From contig NMRA01000481.1 of the NCBI GenBank assembly GCA_002633005.1, positions 268,715-332,714 on the forward strand: 64,000 nucleotides of DNA, written 5' to 3'. The stretch comes from Phoronis australis. Lineage: Eukaryota > Animalia > Phoronida. The position numbers were made by a program, and so were the translations under genes. Below, piece by piece: positions 53,301-63,626 of this stretch (position 1 is its first letter; every line of letters begins with the position of its first letter). Below the pieces are notes generated by a model. It had not been told where the DNA came from. It saw only the letters and a list, made by a program, of their open reading frames with translations, and did not search any database.

Positions 53301-54345
53301 CCATCATTGGTGGAGGGCCTGCTGCACTCGCTGGTCAACTGAGGTAGCTAGTAGCTAATTGCTGGTGTTGATTGGTTAAAGTTTCATGTTGTAGTAATTC
53401 AGTGGTTTCAGTCTCTATTGTGGTACAGCTAGAAGTATTTTTACAGAAAATAAACAGTTTTTCTTGCATTGCCTGTAACTGTGGAAATCAACTCGCAAAC
53501 GCATTTTGGAATGTTCTTATCATGTGATTTTAAAGTAAACCAGCATGCTTTAATAGCTTTAGCAATTTTTCAGCTGGAAGTTTGTCGTTTTTCATTGTGT
53601 AATATTCTTATTGCAAGGTTCTGTTAAACCTGATCATTGCCAGAAGTCGGGTATGAGACGCATAGTTTCCATGCCACATTTGCTGTAAAACATCCTTGAT
53701 TTAAGACCTACCACTTACCTATTTTTTACAATATCTAATTATTAACAGTCTGTAGTTCACTTAGAGGGGCTTGGGAGGGGGCTTTAGTGAGCCCCCCCCA
53801 ATTTGGCAAAGTGGGCAAATAGGTCCCGGCCTCAGAGAAACAAACAGTCCGAAAAAGTAGAAAAGGAGACAAATGTCCACTAAAAAGGTAGATGTACAAT
53901 TCATAGCTCTGAACGTACCCTTTTTATAGTAAAAGGTCAGTCTCAAAAATTCGACCCCCCATCGTTTAGGCTGGTGCGCGCATGTAGTTACCACCATGAC
54001 CTAAAATAATGGAAATTCTTTCATAAAAAATGGCTTTCTCCTAAATCCATTGTTGTCTGACCAGCTTTTAAGCTAAAGTATTGAAACTATAGTCCTAAGG
54101 GATTTGTTCTGTGGACAGTCAGAAACTCCCCCAAGTTGTAATGCATGCGAAATTCAATTTTGTCTTGTAACACGCTAACTCTCAATAATGCTCGTGTCCT
54201 ATTTTTCAGATGTGGTGACATTATTGTGTCCGTGAACCATCACTGCTTTAGAAGTGTGTCGCACTCGAGCGCGGCGCAAATTTTGAGAAGTGTCACTGGA
54301 CTCGTCAGTCTATCAATCATATCATGGCCGGGTACCATCGTTTGA
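11182..54345 (+). CDS. LNX2: LNX1/LNX2-like (ligand of Numb protein X) RING-PDZ E3 ubiquitin ligase; join(11182..11372,12098..12220,39392..39484,41226..41338,42314..42423,45331..45414,47499..47628,47920..47986,48713..48743,49148..49264,50089..50268,51782..51904,52386..52573,53185..53343,54210..54345), 614 aa
   Basis: All 14 introns are GT..AG with matching phases, and the joined CDS is 1845 nt without internal stops. The translation resembles vertebrate LNX2 as I recall it: [52 protein letters not shown] and C-terminal SWPGTIV. This is most likely a pro-ortholog of LNX1 and LNX2. Confidence 0.93.
12098..12220 (+). CDS. LNX2: LNX exon 2: second half of RING
   Basis: ctgttag| and |gtaagg. Encodes [41 protein letters not shown]. 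Absent from the ORF track. Confidence 0.93.
18311..20346. repeat. ~1.01-kb near-identical direct duplication separated by a single N (probable haplotype-overlap artefact)
   Basis: 18311-19321 matches 19323-20346 with scattered SNPs and one small indel. The N at 19322 sits exactly at the junction. Confidence 0.85.
18378..18613. mobile_element. MITE-like repeat (also at ~19390-19625 and inverted at ~53762-53984)
   Basis: TIRs CATGTGCACACC / GGTGCACGCATG. The interior matches the reverse complement of 53762-53984. No TSD seen. Confidence 0.6.
29740..29831. other. Assembly gap (92 N) flanked by poly-G
   Basis: N run seen directly. Confidence 0.99.
34371..34797. mobile_element. PIF/Harbinger-like MITE
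   Basis: TIRs GGGGCTTTTCATACTAA / TCAGTATGAAAAGGCCT, with TAA at the right end. The left flank is degenerate. Confidence 0.5.
37567..37600 (+). promoter_or_regulatory. Candidate intronic core promoter (TATA box plus TCAGT Inr-like motif)
   Basis: TATAAAG at 37567-37573 and TCAGTCAG at 37587-37594, directly upstream of the candidate exon. Confidence 0.4.
37602..37684 (+). CDS. Candidate alternative first coding exon of LNX (RING-less isoform)
   Basis: TATAAAG at 37567 and ATG at 37602, followed by 27 open codons plus 2 nt. The |GTAAGT donor is phase 2, matching exon 3. Confidence 0.55.
39392..39484 (+). CDS. LNX2: LNX exon 3: post-RING zinc finger
   Basis: ttctttag| and |gtgagt, phase 2-2. 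Encodes [31 protein letters not shown]. Confidence 0.92.
39816..40290. mobile_element. hAT-type MITE, 475 bp
   Basis: TIRs CAGGCCTTTATGCAG / CTGGATAAAGGCCTG (14/15). Perfect 8-bp TSD GTTCTGTT at 39808-39815 and 40291-40298. Confidence 0.9.
41226..41338 (+). CDS. LNX2: LNX exon 4: TRAF/SIAH-type zinc finger
   Basis: ttcatcag| and |gtaagg, phase 2-1. Encodes [37 protein letters not shown] (C-x6-C-x11-H-x3-C). Confidence 0.88.
41800..41885 (+). mobile_element. Degenerate tRNA-derived SINE head
   Basis: A-box-like GGTAGCTCAGTGGTGAGAGC and B-box-like GGCTCGATTTCC, followed by a T run. No intact cloverleaf. Confidence 0.45.
42314..42423 (+). CDS. LNX2: LNX exon 5: start of PDZ1
   Basis: ttgcag| and |gtaagt. 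Encodes [37 protein letters not shown]. Confidence 0.93.
45331..45414 (+). CDS. LNX2: LNX exon 6: PDZ1
   Basis: ttccag| and |gtacgg. Encodes [28 protein letters not shown]. Confidence 0.92.
45864..45927. repeat. (GT)n/(GCGT)n compound microsatellite
   Basis: Seen directly. Confidence 0.9.
45959..46420. mobile_element. MITE with ~150-bp TIRs at a TTAA site (Kolobok- or piggyBac-like)
   Basis: TTAA|GGTAACTGTGAACC...CTTATTTACTTGTCTTTATTTTT mirrored by AAAAATAAAGACAAGTAAATAAG...GGTTCACAGTTACC|ATAA. Confidence 0.8.
47499..47628 (+). CDS. LNX2: LNX exon 7: end of PDZ1
   Basis: tcttctag| and |gtacgc. Encodes [43 protein letters not shown]. Confidence 0.9.
47920..47986 (+). CDS. LNX2: LNX exon 8: start of PDZ2
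   Basis: ttgtttcag| and |gtaagt. Encodes [22 protein letters not shown]. Confidence 0.9.
48713..48743 (+). CDS. LNX2: LNX exon 9: 31-nt micro-exon in PDZ2
   Basis: tttttcag| and |gtgagt. Encodes (K)[10 protein letters not shown] and is needed to bridge phase 2 to phase 0. Confidence 0.88.
49148..49264 (+). CDS. LNX2: LNX exon 10: PDZ2
   Basis: ttattcag| and |gtgaga. Encodes [39 protein letters not shown]. Confidence 0.92.
50089..50268 (+). CDS. LNX2: LNX exon 11: end of PDZ2, linker with DNPAY, start of PDZ3
   Basis: tttcaccgcag| and AAG|gtcatt (weak donor). Encodes [60 protein letters not shown]. Confidence 0.83.
50380..50529. mobile_element. Small Harbinger-like MITE remnant
   Basis: GGCTGAGTTGCTTAA..AAAAGTTAT / ATAACTTTTATGCAACTGGGCC imperfect TIRs. 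Confidence 0.4.
51407..51583. repeat. Inverted repeat (~55-bp arms) enclosing a tRNA-like fragment
   Basis: TTTTAAGTCTG..TGACCTAATGAATATAAGTC mirrored by GACTTGTATTCATTAGGTCA..CAGACTTAAAA. Confidence 0.65.
51782..51904 (+). CDS. LNX2: LNX exon 12: PDZ3
   Basis: ctttgcag| and |gtgagc. Encodes [41 protein letters not shown]. Confidence 0.92.
51988..52126. repeat. ~2.7 copies of a 50-bp palindrome-containing minisatellite
   Basis: The unit GGCC.CCTATATTAATATAGGGGCCCCGCCGAAAGGAG.C.GGAGAGC repeats with period 50. Confidence 0.85.
52386..52573 (+). CDS. LNX2: LNX exon 13: end of PDZ3 and PSWxxWL linker
   Basis: ttttcag| and |gtgagt. Encodes [26 protein letters not shown]...[12 protein letters not shown]. 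Confidence 0.93.
53185..53343 (+). CDS. LNX2: LNX exon 14: PDZ4
   Basis: tactcag| and |gtagct. Encodes [53 protein letters not shown]. Confidence 0.92.
54210..54345 (+). CDS. LNX2: LNX exon 15: end of PDZ4, C-terminal class I PDZ-binding motif (T-I-V*)
   Basis: tttttcag| acceptor. Encodes [11 protein letters not shown]...[11 protein letters not shown] followed by TGA. Confidence 0.93.
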
Positions 54346-55009
54346 TGAAGCATGAAGTCTAACAGAGAATATACCTCACTCAAGCACGGTGCACATATCG
54401 AGAAGTGATACAGGACTTGTCTGTACAGTGTTTGATGGCCTGATGTTATGGTGTATGAACTTTGATATCATCTGTGGATCTCACTCGAGTACCGTACACA
54501 CAGAGAAGTGTTAATGATTCATCCATATACCTATTGTATCATTATCTGGTACTATCGGACTATACACCCAAGAAATAACGCGACATCAATCATCAGTCCA
54601 ACTACCCAACATTCTGTCTGCTCACATGGTGAATTCCACTTCCAATCTGTCATGGTGGGAGAGAGGGGAGTCCGACTGCAGGCAGTTGTCACGACCGGGA
54701 AATGCAGTCGTTTTGTCCACGTTTTGATTTGTATTGTATTATGGTGCAGGACGTTTAACATCACGTGTATTTTTGTCACTAGAAATGTTTTGGCATTGAG
54801 CGAAATCCATTTTACTTACTTGTTCACATTAACCTATCATTGACAAATGAGCTGGTCCTGCATTTTGCTGTTCTCCCAGTCTCTCTTGTACGGCATGCGT
54901 GACCATGTGTCATGTTGTGGTTCTGGCGCAATACTCTCAGGGACAAACTTACTGGCATGATGTCAGGCAAGACTCGTCAGGCCAAAAAAGCGAGAGTAGT
55001 TGTGTCGTG

Positions 55010-55149
55010 CGTTCAGTAATGCTAGGACCTATGCTAGGACCTAGCTAAAATCTAGCCAAAGTCACGTGTTCTCATTTGAAATACACGGCAATATCTCGCG
55101 TAATCTCATGAAGTCTTGCTTTTTAGCGAGGTCCTAGCCTTACTGAACG
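55010..55149. mobile_element. 140-bp MITE or hairpin downstream of the LNX stop codon
   Basis: CGTTCAGTAATGCTAGGACCT / AGGTCCTAGCCTTACTGAACG (20/21 inverted match). Confidence 0.65.
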
Positions 55150-57127
55150 GGAGGCTGGTCTGTTTTTTGACATTGATGCATTATTTTTAATTGTTGTGGG
55201 GGGCTGACAATGACTCAGAAGCACACCACTTACATTTAAAACCCATTTTTAGTCACTTAAGGTCATGAAAAGGTGACGGCCACTATTTTGCTTAGAAAAT
55301 TTGTTCACAAACTATCTTTTTGTACTTTTTGAAGTAAAAATGGAACTTTGCCAAGTGGTGTGTGATGACACTTTTTTCTTTAAAATCTGCAGAAGACAGG
55401 TTTCAAAATGAGTCAGGTGCATGCCAGAACCTCTTATACTACTTTTGGCTTTACAATTTAAGTAAATGTGTTTGAAAAAGTTTGTCAATGTTATATCATA
55501 ACCCAGTCGCCCATGGCGGTATAAGGAGTAGAACTGCAATTGTGGAAGGCGAATTACTGTGTTGTCGAAGGGGTGGCGGGGGAATAGCATTGGTCTTCGA
55601 CATCTTGGTTCAGCTAATTGTTTGGCATGGGAGATATTAGCACTTGTGGCATATGAGAAGGTGAATGTTTTAACATTCTGTTCTTGCTTTTAAGCGTGCT
55701 TTTTCTCTCGGCTGTTGAGCACCCGATGTCTGTTCATAGGCAATTCTTGGTGTATTTCGTCTGCTTATATCAGTTTTCTGAGCTTACTGAAGGACTTTGG
55801 AATGAGAATAGCAAGTCTGAGTGTGCATTTCAAAGGGTTGAGTTTGTAAATTTTTCATCAGCTTTAAACCTGGGTTGCGTCTGAGTAGCAAGGCTTTGAT
55901 TTAAAGTCATTTATGGTCTCAATTCTTTTTGCACTCAGATACGAAGTAATTTCTGAGTCCATGCCTGGGGGCATAAAATAACCTCCCTTACAAGCCAAGT
56001 CCTAGAGTCTGATCTCAACCAATAACAGTCCGTCAGGTCTTTCCTTTTAGCCGAAGGATTGTACTTTTTGAGGGTTGGGGTTATGCGAATGAGACTTCAT
56101 AACTCAATGCAATTTAGAGAAAATTTTTTATTTCACTGGTACCCAATCTTGTGTCTTACTCGTTCTTTTGAAGCTCTGGAATTATCTCCACTTGACTAAG
56201 AAACAATTTGAGACCAATTTCGTAGTGGCAGTGGGTTTGTACATGGCCGTATTAAATATTATTGGGTATGGTGAGCCAGTCTTTTTCCCACACCTAGGAA
56301 CATAACAGGTACTCTCCATAAACAATTTAAACAAAAACAACAACAACAAGAGCTTGCTGTTAATGAGAGGGGAACTGTGGAATTGGGAGAAGAAATTTGT
56401 TTGTGAGAAATAATTTTGGTGCATGGACAGAATTCTGTTTATTGGAAGTGAACACTGTTCAAGAAAGGCAGCTTGTGGAATTTGAACCTTATTGAAAAGG
56501 TTTGTGCAGTTTGTGAAAGAGGAAAGACTTTACCAGGTGAAAATTTTGAGCTCCCAAGGGACAGTGTTTGAATGATCATCAGGCTGTTCAGATCGAAAAT
56601 GCATTGAACTCACTTTCACATATGTACGTTTATCGCAATCAGGTCATCTAAATATTTGGGACGCAGTACTTTGTGACTCTCAATTCAATGTCTGAAACTG
56701 TCCCAACTTCAACGCGACTTCTAACAACCAGATTAGTTTCATGTAGCATCTAGTTGTTCAACACTATTGTCCTAATTTATATGTATTTCTAATGCATAAT
56801 AATAATTGAAATACTTAATGTTGACATATTAGTTTCTATAACTCTATCGTTTTGCAAACGTTTGCTCCCACGTTTTATTCAAACTGGCCTAAGCTCTCAA
56901 TTCCGAATATGCGCATGTAGGCCTACACAAACATGTACAGTTTCATTGGTTCTTGCATACGATGACACAACTTTACATGCCCTGCTGTTTGGCAAGGTTT
57001 TCAACCTGGCGCGGCAATTTTTAAACTTGACGCTTTTTCCCCAAACCCCATGCGCTTTCCCCAAACTCCATGTGGGTAAATCCAAACTCATTACTGCGTC
57101 GAGTCAAAACGCGTCTTGGAGAATACT

Positions 57128-60100
57128 GCCATCAGTCGATACGGACCTGCCCATTTTTTCATTAGGCCATCAGCTGATATGGACTTGTCCATTATTCATT
57201 AGTCCATCAATTGATACGGACCTGCCTATTTTTTCATTAAGCCATCTGTCGATACGGACATGGCATTTCTTCATTAGGCCATTAGTCAAAACTGATCAGC
57301 CCATTTTTTCATTAGGTCATCAGCTGATACAGACCTGCCCATTTTTTCATTAGGCAATCAGTCGATTTGGACCTGCCCATTTTTTCATCAGTCATTAGTC
57401 AAAACGGACCTACCCAATTTTTTCATTAGGCCATCAGTAAAAACGGACCTGTCCATTTTTTTCATTAGGCAATCAGTCGATTTGGACCTGCCCATTTTCT
57501 CATCAGTCATTAGTCAAAACGGACCTACCCAATTTTTTCATTAGGCCATCAGTAAAAACGGACCTGCCCATTTCTTCATTACGCCATTAGTAAAATGGAC
57601 CTGCCCATTTTTTCATTAGGCAATCAGTCGATATAGATCTGCCTATTTTTTCATTAGCCTGTCAGTCAAAGTGCACCTGCCCATTTTTCATTAGGCAGTC
57701 CGTCGATACGGAGCTGCCCATTTCTACATTAAGTCATTAGTCAAAACTGACCAGCCCATTTTTTGTTAGGCCATCAGTCGATATGGACCTGTCCATTTTT
57801 TTCATTAGTCCATCAGTCGATAAAGACCTGTCCATTTTTTATTAGTCCATCAGTCGATACTGACCTGTCCATTTTTTCATTAGTCCATCAGTCGATACGG
57901 ACCTCTCCATTTTTTCATTAGGTCATTATTCAATACAGACCTGCCCGTTTTTCATCACGCCATTAGTCGATACAGACCTGTCCATTTATTTATTCGGGAA
58001 TCAGTCGATGTGGACCTGCCCATTTTTTCATTAGCCCATCAGTCAANACCCAATTTTTTCATTAGGCCATCAGTAAAAACGGACCTGCCCATTTCTTCAT
58101 TACGCCATTAGTAAAATGGACCTGCCCATTTTTTTCATTAGGCAATCAGTCGATATGGATCTGCCTATTTTTTCATTAGCCTGTCAGTCAAAGTGCACCT
58201 GCCCATTTTTCATTAGGCAGTCCGTCGATACGGAGCTGCCCATTTCTACATTAGGTCATTAGTCAAAACTGACCAGCCCATTTTTTTCATTAGTCCATCA
58301 GTCGATAAAGACCTGTCCATTTTTTATTAGTCCATCAGTCGATACTGACCTGTCCATTTTTTCATTAGTCCATCAGTCGATACGGACCTCTCCATTTTTT
58401 CATTAGGTCATTATTCAATACAGACCTGCCCGTTTTTCATCACGCCATTAGTCGATACAGACCTGTCCATTTATTTATTCGGGAATCAGTCGATGTGGAC
58501 CTGCCCATTTTTTCATTAGCCCATCAGTCAAATCGGACCTGCCCAATTTTTTCATTAGGAGGCACGGAACAGTTCTCATGGGGATTCCGCTATCAGAACA
58601 CACGTCAATGGACTCTTCACCCTTTCTTCACTCTGTCAAAAACTGCATGCAAATAAAGAAAAGTTTCGAGTCATTTCACATCACAAGCCCTACAGATAAG
58701 ATGAGCACAGAAACTTTGTAAGGGTGAAGAGTCCATTGACGTGCGTTCTAATACGCAAATCCCCATGAGAATTGTTCAGTGCCTCCTAATGAAAAAATGG
58801 GCAGGTCCGTCTCGACTGACGGACTAATGAAAAAACGGACAGGTCCATATCAACCGATGGCCTAATGAAAAAATGGGCAGGTCCGTATCGACTGATGACG
58901 TAATGAAAAAATGGGCAGGTCCGTATCGACTGATGGACTAATAAAAAATGGACAGGTTCATATCGACTGATGGACTAATGAAAAAATGTACAGGTCGATA
59001 TCGACTGATGGCCTAATGAAAAAATGAGCACGTCAGTTTTGACTAATGGCCTAATGAAGAAAAGAGCAGGTCCGTATCGACCAATTGCCTAATGAAAAAA
59101 TGGGCAGGTCCGTATCGACTAATGCCCTAATGAAAATATGGACATGTCCATATTGAATGATGGCCTAATGAAAAAATGGGCAGATCCGTAACGACTAATG
59201 GCATAATGAAAAAATGGACAGGTCCGTTTTGACTAACGGCCATCATGGCCTAAGGTGGCACTGATTAGTTAGGCTGCGGCCGCCCCCAATTTGCACTCCC
59301 AAACTATTAAAATTTTGGGGTACGCCAAGTTTGGGGGCATTTTGTAGGTGGGAATTGCATGTAGGCTCATTGAATGTGGTTTAATATTTGGATTTCTGAA
59401 CATGCTGAGAATGAAAAAGGTCAGTGACACTTTCTCGGCTGTAGCTGCACTCTTCTTTAAGATGCCGGCCCCTGGTAGCAATTGTGCATTGCTGGGTAGC
59501 GACTGAGAAATTGGCGTGATTTCAGGTAGCCCTCAAACAAGCCAAATTTGCAAAAAAAAATAGTTGATTGACAGTACTTTTGGACCACATTTTCGGAATC
59601 TGTAGGAAATTTCCCTTCAGAATCTATTATTGGTTTTAGTCGTGCATATGCAGGGAAGTGTTGATTTTAGGGTGAAAAGTGTTGATTTTGAATTTTTTTG
59701 CCTTGATGTTTCTTAGTTCAGCTTGATTTCCACTGGGAGTGAAAGGGTCAAAAATACAAGAGAGTACAAAGTTTCTGTGCTCATCTGAAGGGCTTGCGAT
59801 GTGAAATGACTAAAAACTTTTCTTTATTTGCATGTAGTTTTTGACAGAGTGAAGAAAGGGTGAAGAGTCCATTGACATGTGTTCTGATACTCAAATCCCC
59901 ATGAGAACTGTTCAGTGCCTCCTAATGAAACAATGGGCAGGTCCGTATCGACTGATGGACTAATGAAAAAATGGACAGGTCCATATCAACCGATGGCCTA
60001 ATGAAAAAATGGGCAGGTCCGTATCGACTGATGACCTAATAAAAAATGGGCAGGTCCGTATCGACTGATTGCCTAATAAATAAGTGGACAAGTCCGTATC

Positions 60101-63100
60101 GACTAATGGTGTAATGAAAAAACTTGCAAGTCTGTTTTGACAAATGACCTAATGAAAAAATGGACAGGTCCGTATTGACAGATTGCTTATCGAAAAATTT
60201 GGTAGGTTCGTTTTGACTAATGGCCTAATGAGAAAAATAGGCAGATCCGTATCGACTGATTGCCTAATGAAAAAATGGACAGGTCCGTATTGACTGAAGG
60301 CCTAATGAAAAAATGGTCACGTTCATATCGACTGATGGCATAATAAAAAAATTGGGCAGGTCCGATTTGACTAATGGGCTAATGAAAAAGTGGGCAGTTC
60401 CATGTCATCTGATTCCCTAATAAATAAATGGACAGGTCTGTATCGACTAATGGCGTGATGAAGAAATGGGCAAGTCTGTATTGACTAATGACCTAATGAA
60501 AAAGTGGACAGGTCCGTATCGACTGATTGCCTAATAAATAAATGGACAAGTTCATATTGACTACTGGCGTAATGAAAAAATGGTCAGGTCCATTTTGACT
60601 AACGGCCATCATGGCCTAGGGTGGCACTCAATACGGTAAAGTCGCGTGATTTTCGGACACTGAAAATTAATTCCTATAGAAAAAATTCATTCTTGGACGA
60701 ATCTCGCGNGCATTGCTAGGGTAGTGACTGAGAAATTGGTAGCGATTTCAGGTAGCTCTCAAACAAGCCAGATTTGCAAAAAAAACTAGTTGGTTGATAG
60801 TACTTTTGGACCACATTTTCGGAATTTGTAGGAAATTTGCTTTCAGAATCTATTGTTGGTTTTAGTCATGCATCGGCAGGGAAGTGGTTATTTTAGGGTG
60901 AAAAGTGGCGATTTTGCATTTTTTGACCTTATTTTTCTCAGTTCAGCTTGGCTTCCACTGGGAGTGAAAATCAACACTTCCCTGCCAATGCACAACTAAA
61001 ACCAATAATAGATTCTGAAGGGAAATTTCCTACAGATTCCGAAAATGTGGTCCAAAAGAACTGTCAACAAACTAGTTTTTTTGCAAATTTGGCTTGTTTG
61101 AGGGCTACCTGAAATCACGGCCAATTTCTCAATCGCTACCCACCCATGCACAATTGCAACCGGGGGCCGCCATCTTAAAGAAGAGTGCAGCTACAGAGGA
61201 GAAAGTGGCCTTTTTCATTCTCAGCATGTTCAAAAATCCAAACATTAAACCACATTCAATGAGCCTACATGCAATGCCCACCTACATAATGCCCTCAAAC
61301 TTGGCCTACCCCAAAATTTTAATAGTTTGGGAGTGCAAATTCGCCACGGCCGCAGCCTAACTAATCAGTGCCACCTTAGGCCATGATGGCCGTTAGTCAA
61401 AACTGACCTGTCCATTTTTTCATTAGGCCATTAGTTAAAACGGACCTGCCAATTTTTTCATTATGCCATTAGTCATTACAGACCTGCCCATTTTTCATTA
61501 GGCCATCAGTCAATATGGACCTGTCCATATTTTCATTAGGGCATTAGTCGATACGGACCTGCCTGTTTTTTCATTAGGGCATTAGTCGATACGGACCTGC
61601 CCATTTCTTCATGAGGCCATTAGTCGAAACTGACCTGCTCATTTTTTCATTAGGCCATCAGTCGATATGGACCTGTCTATTTTTTCATTAGTCCATCAGT
61701 CGATATGGACCTGTCCAATTTTTTATTACTCCATCAGTCGATACAGACCTGCCCATTTTTTCATTAGGTCATCAGTCGATACGGACCTGCCCATTTTTTC
61801 ATTAGGCCATCAGTCGATACGGACCTGCTCATTTTTTCATTAGGAGGCACTGAAAAGTTCTCATGAGGAGTTGCCTCTCAGAACACACGTCAATGGATCG
61901 ACTCTTAACCCTTTCTTCACTCTGTGAAAAACTGCCTGCAAATAAAGAAAAGTTTTCAGTCATTTCACATCACAAGCCCTACAGATGTGCACAGAAACTT
62001 TGTACTCTCTTGTATTTTTGATCCTTTCACTCCCAGTGTAAACCAAGATAAACTAAGAAAGATGAGGGCAAAAAAATGCAAAATGGGCACTTTTCACCCT
62101 AAAATCACCACTTCCCTGCCAATGCACGACTAAAACCAAGAATCGATTCTGAAGGCAAATTTCCTACAGATTCCAAAAATGTGGTCCAAAAATACGGTAC
62201 TGTCAACTAACTAGTTTTTTTGCAAATGTGGCTTGTTTGAGGGCTAGCTGAAATCGCGGCCAATTTCTCAGTCGCTACCCAGCAATGCACAATTGCAACC
62301 AGGGGCCGCCATCTTGAAGAAGAGTGCAGCTACACCTGAGAAAGTGGCCTTTTTATTCTCAGCATGCTCACAAATGCAAACAAACCACATTCACTGAGCC
62401 TACATGCAATGCCCACCTACAAAATGCCCTCAAACTTATGGCCTACCCCAAAATTTTAATATTTTGGGAGTGCAAATTGGTCGCGGCCACAGCCTAACTA
62501 ATCAGTGCCACCTTAGGCCATGATGGCCGTTAGTCAAAACGGACCTGTCCATTTTTTCAGTAGGCCATTAGTTAAAGCGGACCTACCAATTTTTCCTTAG
62601 GCCATCAGTCGATACGGACATGTCCATTTTTTCATTAGGCCATCACTCGATACGGAACTGTCCATTTTTCATTAGGCCATTAATTAAAACGGAGATGCCG
62701 ATTTTTCCATTAGGGCATTAGTCGATACAAACCTGCCCATTTTTCATTAGACAATCGGTCAATACAGACCTGCTCATTTCTTGATTAGGCCATTTGTCAA
62801 AACTGACCTGCGCCTTTTTTCATTAGGCCATCAGTCGATATGGACCTGTTCATTTTTTCATTAGTCCATCAGTCGATATGGACCTATCTATTTTTTATTA
62901 GTCCATCAGTCGATACGCACCTGCCCATTTTTTCATTAGAACATCAGTCGATACGGACTTGCCCATTTTTTCATTAGTCCATCAGTCGATACGGACCTGC
63001 CCATTTTTTCATTAGGAGGCACGGAACAGGTCTCGTGGAGGATTTGCCTATCAGAACACACGTCAATGGACTCTTCACCCTTTCTTCACTCTGTCAAAAA

Positions 63101-63626
63101 CTGCATGCAAATAAAGAAAAGTTTTGAGTCATTTCACATCACAAGCCCTACAGATGAGCACAGAAACTTTGTACTCTCTTGTATTTTTGACCCTTTCACG
63201 CCCAGTGGAAACCAAGCTAAACTCAGTAAGAAACATAGGGCAAAAAAATGCACAATCGGCACTTTTCACCCTAAAGTCACCACTTCCCTGCTAATGCACG
63301 ACTAAAACCAAGAATAGATTCTGAAGGCATATTTCCTACAGATTCCAAAAATGTGGTCCAAAAGTACTGCCAACCAACTAGTTTTTTTTTGCAAATCTGG
63401 CTTGTTTGAGGGCTAGCTGAAATCGCGGCCAATTTCTCAGTGGCTACCCAGCAAATGCACAGTTGCAACCGGGTTCCGCCATTTTGAAGAAAAGTGCAGC
63501 TAGAGCCGAGAAAGTGGCCTTTTTTATTCTCAGCATGTTCACAAATGCAAACAAACCACATTCACTGAGCCTACATGCAATGCCCACCTACAAAATGCCC
63601 CAAAACTTGGCCTAGTACCCCGAAAT
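57128..63626. repeat. Composite satellite: 38-bp tandem arrays alternating with a ~680-bp spacer (period ~1.14-1.17 kb), with an internal inversion
   Basis: Monomer ATTAGGCCATCAGTCGATACGGACCTGCCCATTTTTTC. Arrays lie at ~57128-58558(+), 58785-59243(-), 59921-60608(-), 61390-61843(+) and 62528-63015(+). Spacer copies lie at ~59245-59920(-), 61844-62527(+) and 63016-63626(+), plus partial copies. Confidence 0.95.
60634..60708. mobile_element. End of a probable TA-inserted DNA transposon within the satellite spacer, truncated by the N at 60709
   Basis: Spacer homology stops at ...GGCACTCAATA|CGGTAAAGTCGCG, followed by unrelated sequence up to the N. Confidence 0.4.

Noticed and set aside
56862-57353. 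163-aa ORF
   Set aside because: It runs into the satellite array, and the repetitive translation is incidental.
57527-58531. ~500-bp higher-order repeat within the first array
   Set aside because: The copies are separated by the N at 58047 and differ by one monomer, so they are probably allelic contig ends.
57128-63015. 38-bp repeats resembling a CRISPR array
   Set aside because: The monomers are directly adjacent with no unique spacers, there are no cas genes, and the context is a eukaryotic spliced gene.
59269-63561. Repeated ORFs in the satellite spacer (PGAAILKKSAA.., KNC.QIKKSF..)
   Set aside because: They recur only because the DNA is repeated. Starts and frames differ between copies and I recognise no domain.
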